From Orbicella franksi (taxonomy: Eukaryota): a stretch of 64,000 nucleotides of DNA. The stretch is from contig OZ116702.1 in NCBI GenBank assembly GCA_964199315.1, positions 21,886,001-21,950,000 of the forward strand, written 5' to 3'. Both the position numbers and the translations under genes were made by a program. Numbering within the stretch: position 1 is the stretch's first letter; every line of letters starts with the position of its first letter. The notes below the pieces were generated by a model, which worked only from the letters and a program-made list of their open reading frames with translations, had not been told where the DNA came from and made no database searches. Positions 1-13,800 of this stretch are shown here, piece by piece.

Positions 1-262
1 CTCGTTGAGTGGGCAAGACGAACAAAGTCTTGCGCTGTGATTGGCTACCCAAGCGGGCAAGATGACGCTATCTTGCCCTCTCGGGATTACGCGCGTTGTC
101 CCGCAAGAAAAAACTTGTTTTTTATCCCACGCTCGGTCAAGATGGCTGAATGTTGGCCTAGTTCTATTTTGCGTGTTTTTGGACTTCAACTCCGTCTCGG
201 CCCATAAACACTTGGTCAATATCCAGCCATCCTGACCTCACGCTTGGTCAATAACGAATATT
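1..262. mobile_element. Non-autonomous interspersed repeat (partial) in a KMT2C/D intron; family uncertain
   Basis: Internally repetitive (gggcaaga / cttgccc; ttggtcaat twice) and ends ...cacgcttggtcaataac. Resembles a repeat type I recognise from coral genomes; no coding capacity. Confidence 0.55.
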
Positions 263-350
263 TACAGAGGGAGTTGTGGTTTGAACGCTGAATTCAGATC
301 CTTGACCACCCAGAATAATAGATTTTAAACATTTTCCCTTCTCCTTTCAG

Positions 351-2393
351 GGCTTAGGTCTGTTTGCTAACAAAGACATGGAAGCGGTAAGTTTTGTTAC
401 TTTTTGCTCTACCTTGTTGGTTGTTGCTGGCATGGTTGGTAGTTTTCTTTTTTGCTGGCATGGTTGGTATTTCTCTTTGTTCTGCAAGTCCTTTTCCGAT
501 ATGAAGGTGCTAATGATGAATATTGTGTTGCTTGGGCATACAGGGGAGTATGGTGATCGAATATATCGGTTCCATTATCCGAAACGAAGTTGCAAACAGA
601 AGAGAACAAATCTACGAGAAACAGGTAGGTTCATGGAGGATAGTTTTCGTTGCACTCGTGTGTTTCCGTTGCTTGTTTTTTCGCAGCTGGCGCGATTTTT
701 TTCACCCCTTTACCTCGGGTGTTCACCTAGGACATGACGTAGGTCTTTTCTTCGTTAACACTATTTCCACGGTTACTATTTTTTGGGCCAAAAATGTTAT
801 TGCTATTCCCCAAGGAGAGTGTTATCTATGAGGAGAACTTTATAAGTCAGTCTTCAGCTTCGTCAACTTCATTTATTGCTCACTATTTACAAAGTTTACC
901 TTAGCGAGTATTATAAAAATAGATAGAGAAATATTTGTTACATGTGGTTAGGGAAAGACTAAACAGATATGTGCGTGGTAACCATAGTAGCCACTGGTAA
1001 TCGACCTTGGGCTTTAGCAGTGTTTTGTTTGTGTCTGTTGTAGAATCGCGGTGTGTACATGTTCAGAATAGACTCTGATGCTGTGATCGATGCAACAATG
1101 GCTGGGGGACCTGCGCGTTACATCAACCACTCGTGTATGGTAAGTCCTCGCCGTTAATTTATCGCAATCGTCTGCATCGTTGGAAAGAGATAAGGCGTCT
1201 TTTGTGTGCGCAGGTCACAAATTCAGGCGATATTATATATTTTTTTTTACTAACATTAACGGAACATTCTTAATCGCAATACCTTTGTTACTGCATAGCA
1301 TATTTTTACAAGTTCTCTCGAAATTTTGTTTATATCCTCGTAATGCTTGTCACGTCCGTTTGGGAAAATGTTAAATTGACAGGTGTAGAGAGGTTGCCAG
1401 CGGCAACCTAGATCCCCAGCTCTTTCACACGGCCGATTATTTCACCTTCTCTATATGATGCGTGTATATGATCTTTCATATGTTGACTTGTAATAGAAGT
1501 TGCCTTAGTGTTTTAATGTGTTCTTTTTGTATTTTTCTTAGCCAAACTGTGTCGCTGAAGTAGTGACGTTCGAGAAGGAGCAAAAGATTATCATTATTTC
1601 AAACAGAAAGGTTGAAAAAGGAGAAGAGGTAAACATAATTCAACTGAACTAGGGACACTTGACGATATGCAGCTGTGAGTCGATGAAAGCTGCAATCAGA
1701 AAATTGTTTCATAGAAGAAATAAAAAAAAATTGCTTTATTTGTTACTATACTGTTATGGAAACACAAATGTGAGTTTGGAAGAATTCGAAAGAGCCTGGA
1801 AATACTCGGCTGGTATTTCCGCAGCTCTCCTTGTTCTCCTTGACATGTGCTAGCGTTACCATGAGTTAATGGTGGTTTATTGAAAATGTATAATGCAGAT
1901 AGCGTTTGCTATTTTTTAATTACGGCTCGAGAAAAACTGTTTTGTTGTAAACAACGTGACGACTTGACGAGCAACTATTTCAGACGTGTTTCAATTCATC
2001 TCGCATACGATACATGTTCAACCGCAGAGAAGTTTTTTCCTTGTTGGGTTTCCGTCATTTCGAGGTCAAACATGGTTGCCTGTCTTGTCATGGCTCGGAG
2101 CACGTACATGCACTAAGGCAGTTGTTCCCACCTGGCCGTAATTTGTTTTCTTCCCATGGTTCGAATAAATAATTTGCGAATGAACTCGTGTCATTTGGTT
2201 TGCAGAGTTCAACCATCAACATATTCCGCTGAAGTTAAATTTCTTTCTTTTGTTTTCTTTCGCGTCAAGTTCTTATTGAAATTTGTTCCTTGTTTTTCAG
2301 CTTACCTACGATTACAAGTTCGACTTTGAAGATGAGGAAAACAAGATTCCATGTCTCTGCGGCGCGCCCAATTGCCGCAAATGGATGAATTAA
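351..2393 (+). CDS. KMT2C: Histone H3K4 methyltransferase KMT2C/D (MLL3/4, Trr-type): SET and post-SET exons, 5'-partial
   Basis: Exons 351-386, 544-624, 1044-1139, 1542-1628, 2301-2393, all GT-AG and phase 0. They give [130 protein letters not shown], which matches the KMT2C/D C-terminus (YINHSC, YDYKF, CxCGAxNCRKWMN). C versus D paralogy cannot be resolved here. Confidence 0.96.
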
Positions 2394-2800
2394 GACGAGG
2401 GAACATGGTGTTTCTCTCCGAAAATTATTTATCGTTATTTATTTAACGCATTTCCGTTCATGGAATGTTCTACAGTTTTTGGCCGGTACAAATCTAGAAT
2501 TTTCTTACACATAAAGACAGCGAGGAATATTACATTGCATGGTGTATAATCAGTCAAGTTTTAGTTCGCTTTTTGCCCAGCTCCAATAGATAGCAGTTTC
2601 ACACAGGAATAGCTACATTCAGTGAACATATTGAATTCGCTAGTGTTTTCTTTTGTAGTCCAGTATTATAATAATAGTTCCACAGAATGTCCAGAGTTTT
2701 TAAAAAATTTTACACGCTCCAAATGCGTGGCTCATCAAATGGTAGTGTACATAATACAGTATTGCCTGAAGTGAAGTTTTATTGAATATGGAGAAGAAGA

Positions 2801-2880
2801 AATAAATGCGCGAGACAGACCTATTTGCTTGTGAGTTTCAGCGCGTGTTTGTTTTTGTCTGTTTTTATTTTCTTTTTTTT
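2801..2880 (+). terminator. Probable polyadenylation signal of the KMT2C/D gene
   Basis: AATAAA at 2801-2806, ~410 nt after the stop codon, followed by a GT/T-rich downstream tract (~2845-2880). Confidence 0.55.
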
Positions 2881-4872
2881 GATTTGTAACTTGCGAATGG
2901 TCAAGTTATTCGCTGATATATCTGTGTAGACTTGAAGGCTATCTTTTTTTAAGAAATACCAAGGAAACATAATTGACTCTTGTGTTTATACATATCACAA
3001 CAATATCGGCGACAGAAAGGGGCTTCTTTTTTGCTCATTAATTGAAAGCGAGCTGCCTTTAAAAGAAAAAGAGAAAACTTGGCAACTACGGGGGTTCCGA
3101 CTAGTTGGACAGAAAATAAGTGCTCTGAAATATTATTGAAGTAGTGATGGTGGTGTGAGCATCAGTGAATTTGCTTTAACCGGCTTCTTCCAAAGGCTGG
3201 TACGCAGTGTTATGGAATGATCGCGTGTGGTGTTGAATCGAGCTTGTTATTTTGGCACTTCAGCTGGTCTGAGCGTTCAAGCGAATGCGCGCGGTTTAAA
3301 CGCATTAGGTGCTTGCGTGCTCGAAGCATATCACTCCGCCTAATTTTCCGCAGCGAAGCACTTAACGAATGACGGAGATCGGTTAAGATAAGAGCTTCCA
3401 CTTGCGATCGGCGTGCTTTGAAATCATCCCAGGTAACTATTCCTTTCGCGAAGGTCGAATGAAAAATAATTTATCGCCGTGGGCGAAATAACTTGCACAC
3501 GCTCGCGATTTGGTGGTGTTAATAAATTCAGTTCAGCGAGAAGCAGTCGCTAATTATTTTCTTCATAGCGCGCACGAAACAAAAGCATGAAACAAGAGAA
3601 AGGAGGTGCTTAGCAAGAACTGGGAAAAAGCTATTGGTGCTCGACAGGTTAAGTAAGAATGAACATGGGAAAACTGCGCGCGAAACATTGGGAAGATTTC
3701 TCTAGCTTTGACAGAGATCCTCTGGAAAGATGGACAGGTGTCGTTTTTGAAGTACAGCGATATTTGACGTTCCTTAATTTCAGGGCGCCGTATTGACGAA
3801 GATGCATTTTGTTTAAGACAAGATGTCGCCGTACATCTTTTCCAATTATCTTGGACAAGCGATTGACAGACAGGAAAGCGAAGCTTTTTTGTCATGAAAG
3901 CCAAGGACCTCAATTATGTCTTAAGACCTCTGATATGCGTGCACGGAATATAGAATATGTTAGACTCGGGTCTTAAAAATCACTTTTTCCATCTATTACC
4001 TGTTACGTAGAGATACATTTTCACTGTAATTGCAAATTGGGTTTGAGTTTTACGTTGGGCAAAATACATCATTGTGTTTGATTTGAAAAGCTATCTGCTT
4101 GTTTGAAATATCCTTGAAAATCCATCAAAAGACTCTTTTTGCAGCGTGGTTCACGGTAAATTTTAATTTCATAGTATTGTTTCGATTTTAATCTTTTACA
4201 AAACGTGGATATGGCGGACTGCATGAAATTTTTATGTCATCACTCGCGGACTTTTGTTTATACAATTGTACCACCTGCGCCAGCTCCGAAAACCGAAATA
4301 AAAAGTCATTTTTAGGCTCAGTTTACTGACTTTTCAATTCCATATAATGGTATCTGGCGGAAAGTGAAATTATATTAATTTTCCGGGGGAGGTGGCACTT
4401 TATAGAAAGGAGGACCTCCAAATCTTAAATTGGCTAACGGAAAAATGACAGAGGAGATACAACGTATAGTTACCTGATAAATGAACCTTGGCTAAAAAGT
4501 TGGAGTGGGGTTAGAAATAACGGCCGTCGTCGATTAAGTCCTATGTTCCCTATAGTAAAACCGACGCTCGTAAAACCCTGGTCACAGTGGTGTGACTGAC
4601 ACCGTTGTTAACCTCCGGCATATGGTGGGCGGTAAACAGTTTGTTAACAAAAAATCGGAAAAAGTAAAATGCAGCAATAGAGATTATAAGAGCAGGTTTG
4701 ACCAATAAACGGGGACGACAACCCTTGGTTGTGCGAACACGTCCCTTCACCTCTTTTCGCCAAGGTTGTGACCTTTCAGAGACTCCTTTTGACTGTCCTT
4801 CATAAAAAGGTGCCAGAAATTCCACAAATTCCAGTAAATGTTAAGCTTAACAAATTGAATTCATTATTTTAG

Positions 4873-4895
4873 GTTGTTGTTGTTGTTGTTGTTGT
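4873..4895. repeat. (GTT)n microsatellite
   Basis: gttgttgttgttgttgttgttgt, read directly. Confidence 0.95.
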
Positions 4896-7149
4896 CATCC
4901 TACTTGACATCGTGTTTTGCGCTTTTTTTATTCTGGTTCAGATTGTTGTTCTTTTGTTCCATTCAGGAAACGCCTTGTCAATCTACATTGTTTCTCTTCC
5001 ACTTGGAAGGGGACAGCTAACACGGAACGCCTCTCGCGGAGGGGCACGCACTGCGTGAGCTCTGCCGCTGCGGAGTTACGTAACTTTCTAAAAATGTTTT
5101 CCTCTTCGCTTGATTACCTTGTTGGTTACCGAACAAGCCTCCTGGTTCAATTTTGTTTTGTTGTAGTCACGGAGGGAAAGTAATACAAAATTGACACTTA
5201 CATTTGAAAATTTCGCAGCATTGCTTCCAGTTGAACAGTGTAAAGACATGCTATGTCTTTGCCATGCAATTTGTGTGGAGTATGTTTATCATATTTTCAC
5301 GTATTTTCATCACTTAAGTTCTCTGCACTTCAAAAGACTGAGGGAAAACAGTGACACCGGGTCCAAGGTTGCGGAAAACTCTTAATAATTCACGTCAAAG
5401 CTTCCGTAGCTTGTGTGTTGTTTGTTCTTTTGTGTCAACAACAAGAAATCATTAAAGCAAGTGTTGTAGCGGGTTATCAGGCTTTACGTGTACTTGCATC
5501 ATTCTACACTCCATCCCTTCACTCCATCGGACGTTTAGGCTGCATTCCAAGGGCTTCCCTCAATGGCCAAGTTATGTGAAAACGGAAACAGGCACATCCG
5601 GTCTACGTGGCTGAAAATAAAACAATACGACAAAGGGAGACTGCTTGTCGAGTTCTTGGATAGCCATGGAGAGAAAAAGCCTCGATATTGATTTCGACCT
5701 TCCTTTTTTCGACTGTATGCCATATGCACCTTTACAATGAACTTCTTCTTATGTGATAAACCGCCGGCTTTGTGATTTGAGATACTGGATGATATTCGTG
5801 CCCAGCCGCCGGCGCCTGTCCCGTACAAACAAAAGCGAATGCACGCTAGCCAATTTAATGCTTTTGTATGCCTGAAAATTTCAACTTTGTAGAGCTGTTG
5901 TTTTGGCGAAGTAATAAAGTTCTCTGCCGGAACCCACCCTGCCCTCGAGCTCGCAAGACAAATTCTTAGTCCCCCACGGAGCGCGACGAAAATATGGCCG
6001 AAAGCAGACACTCAAATTCCAGACAGACAAACAAGACGGCCAGACGTTAGTATTGGGAACCATAATTGTACCTCCCAGAAAAGCGATTAGACGAGACAAA
6101 TCTGACTTTTGAAATTTTCAGACTACACCTGGAGTGACGCATACGTGCAAGGAGGTCGCGTGACTAAGAGAGCACAGTACAACCGTGTTTTTAAACAACG
6201 CTATCAGAAGCTGCCTACAAAAACACGAACATCGCTTTTGTTGATATTTTACTTCATAATATATAGCCAACTTTGTTGCCCGATGCAAATGTGCAAGGCA
6301 CACCTTAAAGAATAAACAAATGGGGACAGAAGAATTCCATATTTCTCATCGTTTTCAAATTAGATTTTAGCCCCGGTACAAATGAATTTTAGCTTCGAAC
6401 TAACAGATGTAAATATTGGCCCCTAATGATCCAGAACTAATTGAGGCAAAAAATTTCCTTAATTTTTTTGACTTAAGATTAATAAAAAATAATAAAAAGT
6501 CCGATATTATATATGAAACATTTCCAATGGGCCATTTCTTTTCTCCGTCGCTTTTTAGCCGAGCTAAATTCATATTGCTTCAGCTCTCGCCAAGTCACAC
6601 CGTCATTGTTATTCCGATAGCCTTCAAGACTTACGTTGATTAATATGGACGAAAAGAGAATGCGTGGGCGAAAAAAACACATGCTTTAAGAGTGCCAAAT
6701 CACTTGGTTTTTGCTTCTTTTAAGGTGCCGAAACCAGAAGGGAGTGAAATTCAAAGCTTGCCAAAGCTTAGAGGGTAAAATTACCATTTTAATATGGCTT
6801 TCTCCGAGTGGAACACCCGTTAAGCTGGTTTCTTGTTTGCGAAAAAGAAAATTTGGTTTGCAGTAATACGGGACGAATATCATTCGGTAAGCAAAGTAGT
6901 GGGAATCGAGGAACGTTTTTAAAAGTGCAATTTACCGGTTGAAGAGAACGTGGGTAACAAAGTCCGGAACCTTCTAATTCGTACGTGAAAAGCCGTGAAA
7001 ACGTGTCACAACACAGTCGAACCGAGATGGCCCGTTTAGTCTAAGTAAATAACGGATTATTCTATTTGAACAAGTGCTCGGGAGAAACGTGTCTCTTGAT
7101 AATATTTTCGTCCATTTTTTTTCGTGCCTCCAGCCTGAAAGTACCAAGA

Positions 7150-7408
7150 CGAGAAAATACATTGTTTACAATCGCCTTTCAGTCAAAGTGATTGACAGGA
7201 ACGCGTGTAAGGATTAATTGCTATCGTTTTCTGAGTGATGTGATTGGACAAGAGGCTTGCTGTGACATGACCATAGTGGATCGAATCTGAACTTGTTCTG
7301 CGCATATAGAGTTGTTTGGGAAGGAAGGTTCGTGGGATTTTGGCGGAGGGAACCTTCTTGAATTTTGAACTATCGACGATGAAATGAGGACTATCGAAGG
7401 ACAGGGGA
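7150..7408 (+). promoter_or_regulatory. Probable promoter/5' UTR of the MH1-MH1-PHD gene
   Basis: Lies directly upstream of the first in-frame ATG (7409; in-frame TGA at 7385). Contains gattgac and gattgga (inverted CCAAT-like) motifs, and CpG-rich sequence continues into intron 1. Confidence 0.45.
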
Positions 7409-7856
7409 ATGGAGAAAACCTTGGTGCAATCGGCTTCCCCGAAGAGAGGACCGAGCTCTGCCGATGCGAATTTAAGTATCGTGTTAAATCTTATGTGTCA
7501 TACAACTTGCCATCGCCAAGGAGGCGAAACTGAGAAATTTGCAAAGAGAGCCATCGAATCGCTGGTGAAAAAACTTCGAAAGAAGTCTGAAGAGCTCGAC
7601 TCACTGATCACCGCTATCACGACTAAAGGATCCAAGTCGTCAAAATGTGTTACGATTCAGAGAACTCTAGATGGCAGACTTCAAGTTTGTGAGCGCAAGG
7701 GCTTTCCGCATGTGATCTACGCTCGGTTGTGGCGATGGCCCGACATTCAAAAAATGGAGATGAAACATTTGGAGTTTTGCCGATACGGTTATGATTTGAA
7801 GTACGAGAGTGTTTGCGTCAATCCGTATCATTATGAGAGAATTCGCAGTCCAGCCG
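7409..7856 (+). CDS. Exon 1: SMAD4-like MH1 domain #1
   Basis: [38 protein letters not shown]...[34 protein letters not shown]...[10 protein letters not shown] aligns closely with SMAD4/Medea MH1. Phase-1 donor G|GTAAG at 7856/7857. Confidence 0.95.
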
Positions 7857-10800
7857 GTAAGGGTGAATTTTTTTTTCGTTTTTGAAGGTTGTGTGTTGGG
7901 TCAATTGTGTGATGTCATGTAGGGCAAGAGAGACCAAGAGAACGCACGCACAGTACATGAACGTACGTGATGACAAAACTCACACCAACGCTATGATATG
8001 TGACATTTGTTCAGTGCGCAGCGTACTTAACCTGCATAATCTTAGTTAATTCTAGCAAATCACCTAACCAGATATATTTTTTATGTTCGTTCTACCAGGG
8101 AAAATAAAACAGAACTTTTTCTGTAGCATCTCGATCGGGGGTAATATTTTTGTAATTCACTCAATGTTTCCTTCCGACATCTGATCGAATCATTCGACCG
8201 TATTGTCGTAATAGGATCATTCTGACCTTTGGAAAAGCTTACAGCTCTCCAACTTTTCGTCCGATTGCTTCTGCTTGAACATCGTGCGTTCATTCGGTTG
8301 TACATTATTCGCCTCGCGAATTCATTAGCGATAAACTTGTCAAAGAGCGAAATGCAAATTTCCTTGGGAGTGGGCTCGCCAGTGTTTTCCTCTAAGCTTG
8401 GCCATTGTTTGGATAACGAGCCAGCGGCTATTTTGCATTTTTAATTTCTAGTTGAAAGTCGCTTCGGTTTTTGGCCGATTTTTCGCGCGATTTTGCTGCG
8501 AACGCCAGCCAGACTCTGTCTCAGACGGCTTGAGCTCTGAATCACGCCAAATGACTGGCGATCGTTTCGTGTGGGGCAGGAGAATTATTTTGTCTGGGTT
8601 TTGTTTAAGTATTATTGTTGGTTAGTGGTCATTGTCTGGCTGGAACGTTTCTTGTCTGAAAACGTCTGAAATGTCGTCTGCTTTGGCTCTAATTTATTTT
8701 GGGACGTGAATTTATTTTTGTCTAATGCCTTAGCGGGCGCGCGCGCTATTTGGAACCAATTTTTTAGCCAAAAAACACACTGAGAACAGTGAACGTGCTT
8801 CAGTCAAGGAGTAAACAGAATACCTAATTAGTATTCATGAATGCGTCATTTGAATATATTTTTATTTCAGTCTCTTTGGCTGTCTAGACGTTAGCGTGAA
8901 AATTACCGACAGTTCGCGATCAGTTTTGTAAGGGATTACATTCACGCCATGTTTACCAGCGAAAAGCACGCCATGCGTGTTCTCGGCCGAACAGATTTAG
9001 GAGCGCGGAATGCCTTTTGAAATTTAGAATGCCATTTCTGACAACGCTTATTGTTTGTAATTGTGTGTTTGACGTTTAGAGGGTTATTAATTTTGTCGCG
9101 AAATTCTGTTTTTTTTTCGATTGCAAAAAATTGCCTTACTTCGGCTCTTTCTCAAATTGTTTTCGAAATGATTTTTCTCGAACAAGTTACCCGTAGAAAT
9201 TCGAATCATAACTTTGTCGCCATTAATATTTTTCATCTCTTGACAAACAAAACCACAAAAGCCACGTAGGTTGTATTCAAATCGCTTGTTCGGTTTCATG
9301 TCACGTAATTAAAATTAGTGTTCGTTCGCGCGGCACGAAAACGTTTTTTTCTCGGTAAAAGATGCTTATTCGATTTTTGAGATGAAATGTGGTATTTGAA
9401 GTACTTTTGTGCTTCTCATGGCTTACTATCGCTTCAAAATGTTCGATGCGGCGGCTTCTTCTGTTTACATCATTTCTATTTTGAACCCTGGGGGATCAAA
9501 ACCAGCACTGTAGACACACTAGTGGTACAAGTTTTCAATTTATTGTTTGGTATTGTCTTGTTATTTTTCTCATCCGTGTATAGCTATACATCTGAAGCCC
9601 CTAGATAATAAATGTGGCGTGACTTTTGCAATAAAGGATCACATTCCTGATATTGTAAATCTCAAAAGAATGTTCAAATTTGTTGGGGCAAAACAATTGT
9701 TTGTACCCATGACTTGACATTGCCTGTGGGCAAAATAAATTATCTTTAACCTGAATAGTGGTAATTTATTTGCTTTCCCTAGCTTCAAAACCGTGTTTGT
9801 AAGAAATACTTTTGAAACGGTCAATTTTTATTGTGTTTTCCTAGCAATGAGTGTATGCAAAATTATAGAAGTAAAACAAATCAAATGATTCTTTACTGGT
9901 GTTTTTTTTTTTCAGAATGTCAGAATATAATGTCAGAATACTGAGAACATTCGATTTAAGATTACTTTTGAGGTTGTACTTAATACCAGTAAGTTTGAAA
10001 TTGTCTGGGATGAGCAAAAATTTGAGACAGAATTTGTGTGAGAGATCAGTTTTTGACACAAGTGACTGGTTATTTTGCCTGGTTTCAAGCCTTCAAGTAT
10101 ATTGTGACCTGTGATCTCGACACCTACTGATCACGACAATGCAATCCAGGGCAGAACATGTTGTTATGATAAAATCTGGATGAGCGACCTAAAATTGCTT
10201 TGTTTTAGCTTTCAAGAAGGTGGAAAACATTGCTTGTGTTTTGTTTGCATGGGTAGTTATTTTGGATGATTGGATTTTATTGTCGCATAGATGATTTGTG
10301 ACTCATTTTCAAATTCTGTTCAGTATGTGACAGCTTTTATCTTTCAAAAAAGATATGTTTCCTTTCTTTTATTACAGTTAAATAATCTTGGCTACTCTGA
10401 AAGAAACGTACACATTTTTAAATGTCTTCATCTCCTACACTTTACTCACAAATGACTCTGAAAGTCTTGTTGTTGTAACCAATCTGGAATCACATGCATG
10501 AAAGATACATGTAATTTTTTCGTACATTGTCGCTGATATTCAGGTGAACAGAGGTTAGAAAGCTTAAAATTGTGACAGCGTGACAGTCGCGTATAAAGTG
10601 TTACCTCTTGGTGTTCAACTGTGAAAGGTGTGTTCTTTTGTTGAAAAGGAAATAATTTTCCTTTTTGGGAGGGGCAACGTGTATTATTGATTATTTTGTA
10701 CAGGTGGTGAATTTTTTTGCTGCAATTTTCACCTTTTTCTCAGGATCTTGTGAAAGTAAATTTTAGAAAGTTAATTTTGTTATGTCAATTTTGCCCAAAC

Positions 10801-13800
10801 ATTTTGTATTTTTATCAATCAAGGAGTCTTTTGGCCAGTTCAACTTGAAATTTGTGTCATTTTTTGCATGAACGACAACTTTCATATTTTTGTGGAAAGT
10901 GATAATTGTTGTTTTGTAAGTTTTATTAAAATGATCTGAATCTATTGTTCCTTGTAGCTGCTGCTTTTCTTCAGTGGGTTGCTTTTACAGGCGCATTAAA
11001 TCTAAGACACCAACTTAAAGTTTGTGTCACGATACACAGTAGGATAATATTCTTTACACCAGTGTTCTATATATAACGGTACTGTAAGATGTGTTTAGCA
11101 AAAAATATTTGAAAATTTGACTAGGTTGTCCTCTGATTTTACTCATTTGTTCGAAACTACATACACAGTTGTTTAAACAGCAGATTTAACTTGAATACTA
11201 CACGCAAAATCAATATTTGGCTATTTATTATTTTGGCTAAGCCATGTTGTTGCATTCATGTAGAGTGAAGGTAGTTGGTTTCTTGTCATGTAACTTTGAG
11301 CTTTGTGTATTTATAAATCTAACTTCAGAAAACTACACCTTGCTTAATAAGTAGTCCTGTAACATGATTCTCTGTTTACATATGTGTTTATTAGGATAGT
11401 AGAGCGTTTAATCTTTTTGTGTCAGTCATCTTTTTTTACGTACAAATAAATTTTGAGGACATGGAAGTATTGTTTAAGTAGTATTTCATTTGTTCATTTC
11501 AAACAGTAGTGTGTTAAAGTTATCATGTAATGAAGTATAGCTTGGATTAAACAGTACCGTGGTCAGACAGATATATTTCAGCCATAAATATGCTTGTTTG
11601 GAAATATGCGTGTACAGCAGACAAGTGCACCAGACCATTGTAATCGCTGTTATCATTTCTGAGTAGAATAGAGTTTTGTTTGTAATATGTTTAATATGTT
11701 TGGTATGTGTGATATTGGTTGTTGAGCTTGAAAATATGAACGAAGAGACACTACTACATATTAGATCAGAAAAAGCGAGTGAAATATTTAGGCAGCTTGA
11801 ACAGACATTATGGGCATAAACTTTTCATGTCATGTGTCACTGACAATTAAACTTCTGTAGATTCCTCAATCTGTCAGTTTTCTTTTGAAGGGAATTAATG
11901 GTTTTCTGTTAGCTGAAACATATACCAGTTAATTTGATGTAAAGAGCGTTTTGTTAAACATTTCCGCTATAGATGCCTGGGAGCAATTTGAAATGTTCTG
12001 GTGTCAAATGTCAGACTGCGTAGATATCACTTGTTGTTTAAAGTATCAATCTCTTGCTCAAGTTATTTTTAGTTCCAAGAGCAGAACTTACACCTTGCCC
12101 ACTTGTCTAGAATTTTCAGAGCTTTAAGTGAGGCAGTAGTAATTTTTGACAAGTAGTTTTACTCAGACAGCAATGAAAGACATCAGCAAATATTTTGCTC
12201 ATTACTGTCTGAAAGTCAGATGACAAGTGTGTAATTTTAACTGTCAAACCAAGGAGGTTAATAACAATAATACAGTGTATTTTTGTAACATTAATTTACG
12301 TGGGATATTGTTTCAGTTTGCTTCTGATTAGGACTAATGTTTGCAGGCTAATCTCACCTGTAAGTATTGTGACGAGTGTCTTTTTATAGACGGCATGGTT
12401 ATTTTAAGCTCAGACATGAAATCATGAATATATAAATAATGCATGTGTTACACTTGTCTGAACCATATGTTGCATATTCATGCTGTCGGTATCCGTGTCT
12501 GAATTAGTGCGTATCAAAGTCACGTAAAAAGAGTGACAGAAAAAACATTGCATATGATGCATGTTTGAGCCGTGATATCATTACTTCAAAAAGTCTTGCG
12601 TTCTCACATGCTTTTGTTAGGAGATTTGAAAATTGGCAAGTTGTGATTATAGTTAGCTAAATGATACCTTTGATTGGCTAGAGAAGGGAGCATCACATGA
12701 CGACCTTGAAGAGCGTTAGAGTTAAGGAGACCAGACAGGATCTTGTAGTGTATTATATGTAATATTTGGCACGTGAGCAGAATTCAAGCGGAAAATTAAG
12801 CTCTGAATTTGTGGCAATGAATGCATAAAATATGTTACTCACTGTGCGTTCTGGATCACACTGAGAGATTATTTTTGTTCTGTTTTTTTTATTTGTGTGT
12901 GCTTACAATGTACTGTTGCTACCAAATTGATGATTAGATGTTTTGTGGTGATTAAAAAAGAAATTGCGTGGAATATATAATTGCGGTGATCTTGACAACA
13001 CTAGAATGTAGACATTCACTACATCATGGATCAAAATCTTTCTATTTCATGGTGCTTGAATATTGCCAGACAGACAGAGAAACAGTTGCTCTTTTGTCTT
13101 AATTAGAACACTGAATTTGGGTTTTAAAGTTTGTGGCATTGTCTTGTGTAAGAAAATAGCAAGGAAAATGATTCAGGTACATGTTGTTATTTATTTGGAG
13201 GAGTTTGCCTTAGAGTTATGTTGAGAAGCTTCTTGCAACGTTATTAAAATTGTGTTTTTGTTATACTGTTAATGGCAAAGCAAATGTGGTAAAATTACTG
13301 CTATTACAAGTTAAGTATACATGTATAAAATCCATCATAATCTTTCCCCAACACCTCAAATGTACACGTACACAATCTAAGAAACTCTGAGATAAATTGT
13401 TATATCCGCAATCCAAGAACAGAATATGCAAAAGGTAGCATGCACTATAGAGGATCTGTTCTGTGGAACAAGATTCCATTGGAAATCGGGCACCTATCTA
13501 GTCTAAAACTGTTTAAAACCTCACTGAATGGGAAAGATTATTCTTAATGTACTGTAAATTAGAGAAAGTTTTATGACATAGGTTTTTACTGTAGGCTAGT
13601 TAATTAGTTCGTTAGTTAATGTAATGTAATGTTAGTAAATCCATTCCTGTTAATATAGTTAATTTATTCTTTGTAATTTTTTACATGACTCCTAGGTAGA
13701 CCATTTTTATGATAAGATTTTCGTGTTTAAATAAAGATTGATTGATTGATTGATTGATTGATAAGTGCTGGAAAGCAATTTGTGTTATGTTCTTTCAAAT

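Noticed and set aside
41-7162. ORF-track entries such as 378-737, 3563-3913, 4550-4825, 5535-6011
   Set aside because: They are off-frame overlaps of SET exons or lack any recognisable motif or splice support, consistent with chance ORFs.
13262-13547. Host exon encoding an RT-like peptide
   Set aside because: It is the C-terminal end of a 5'-truncated LINE with its own tail, and is not in phase with the gene model.
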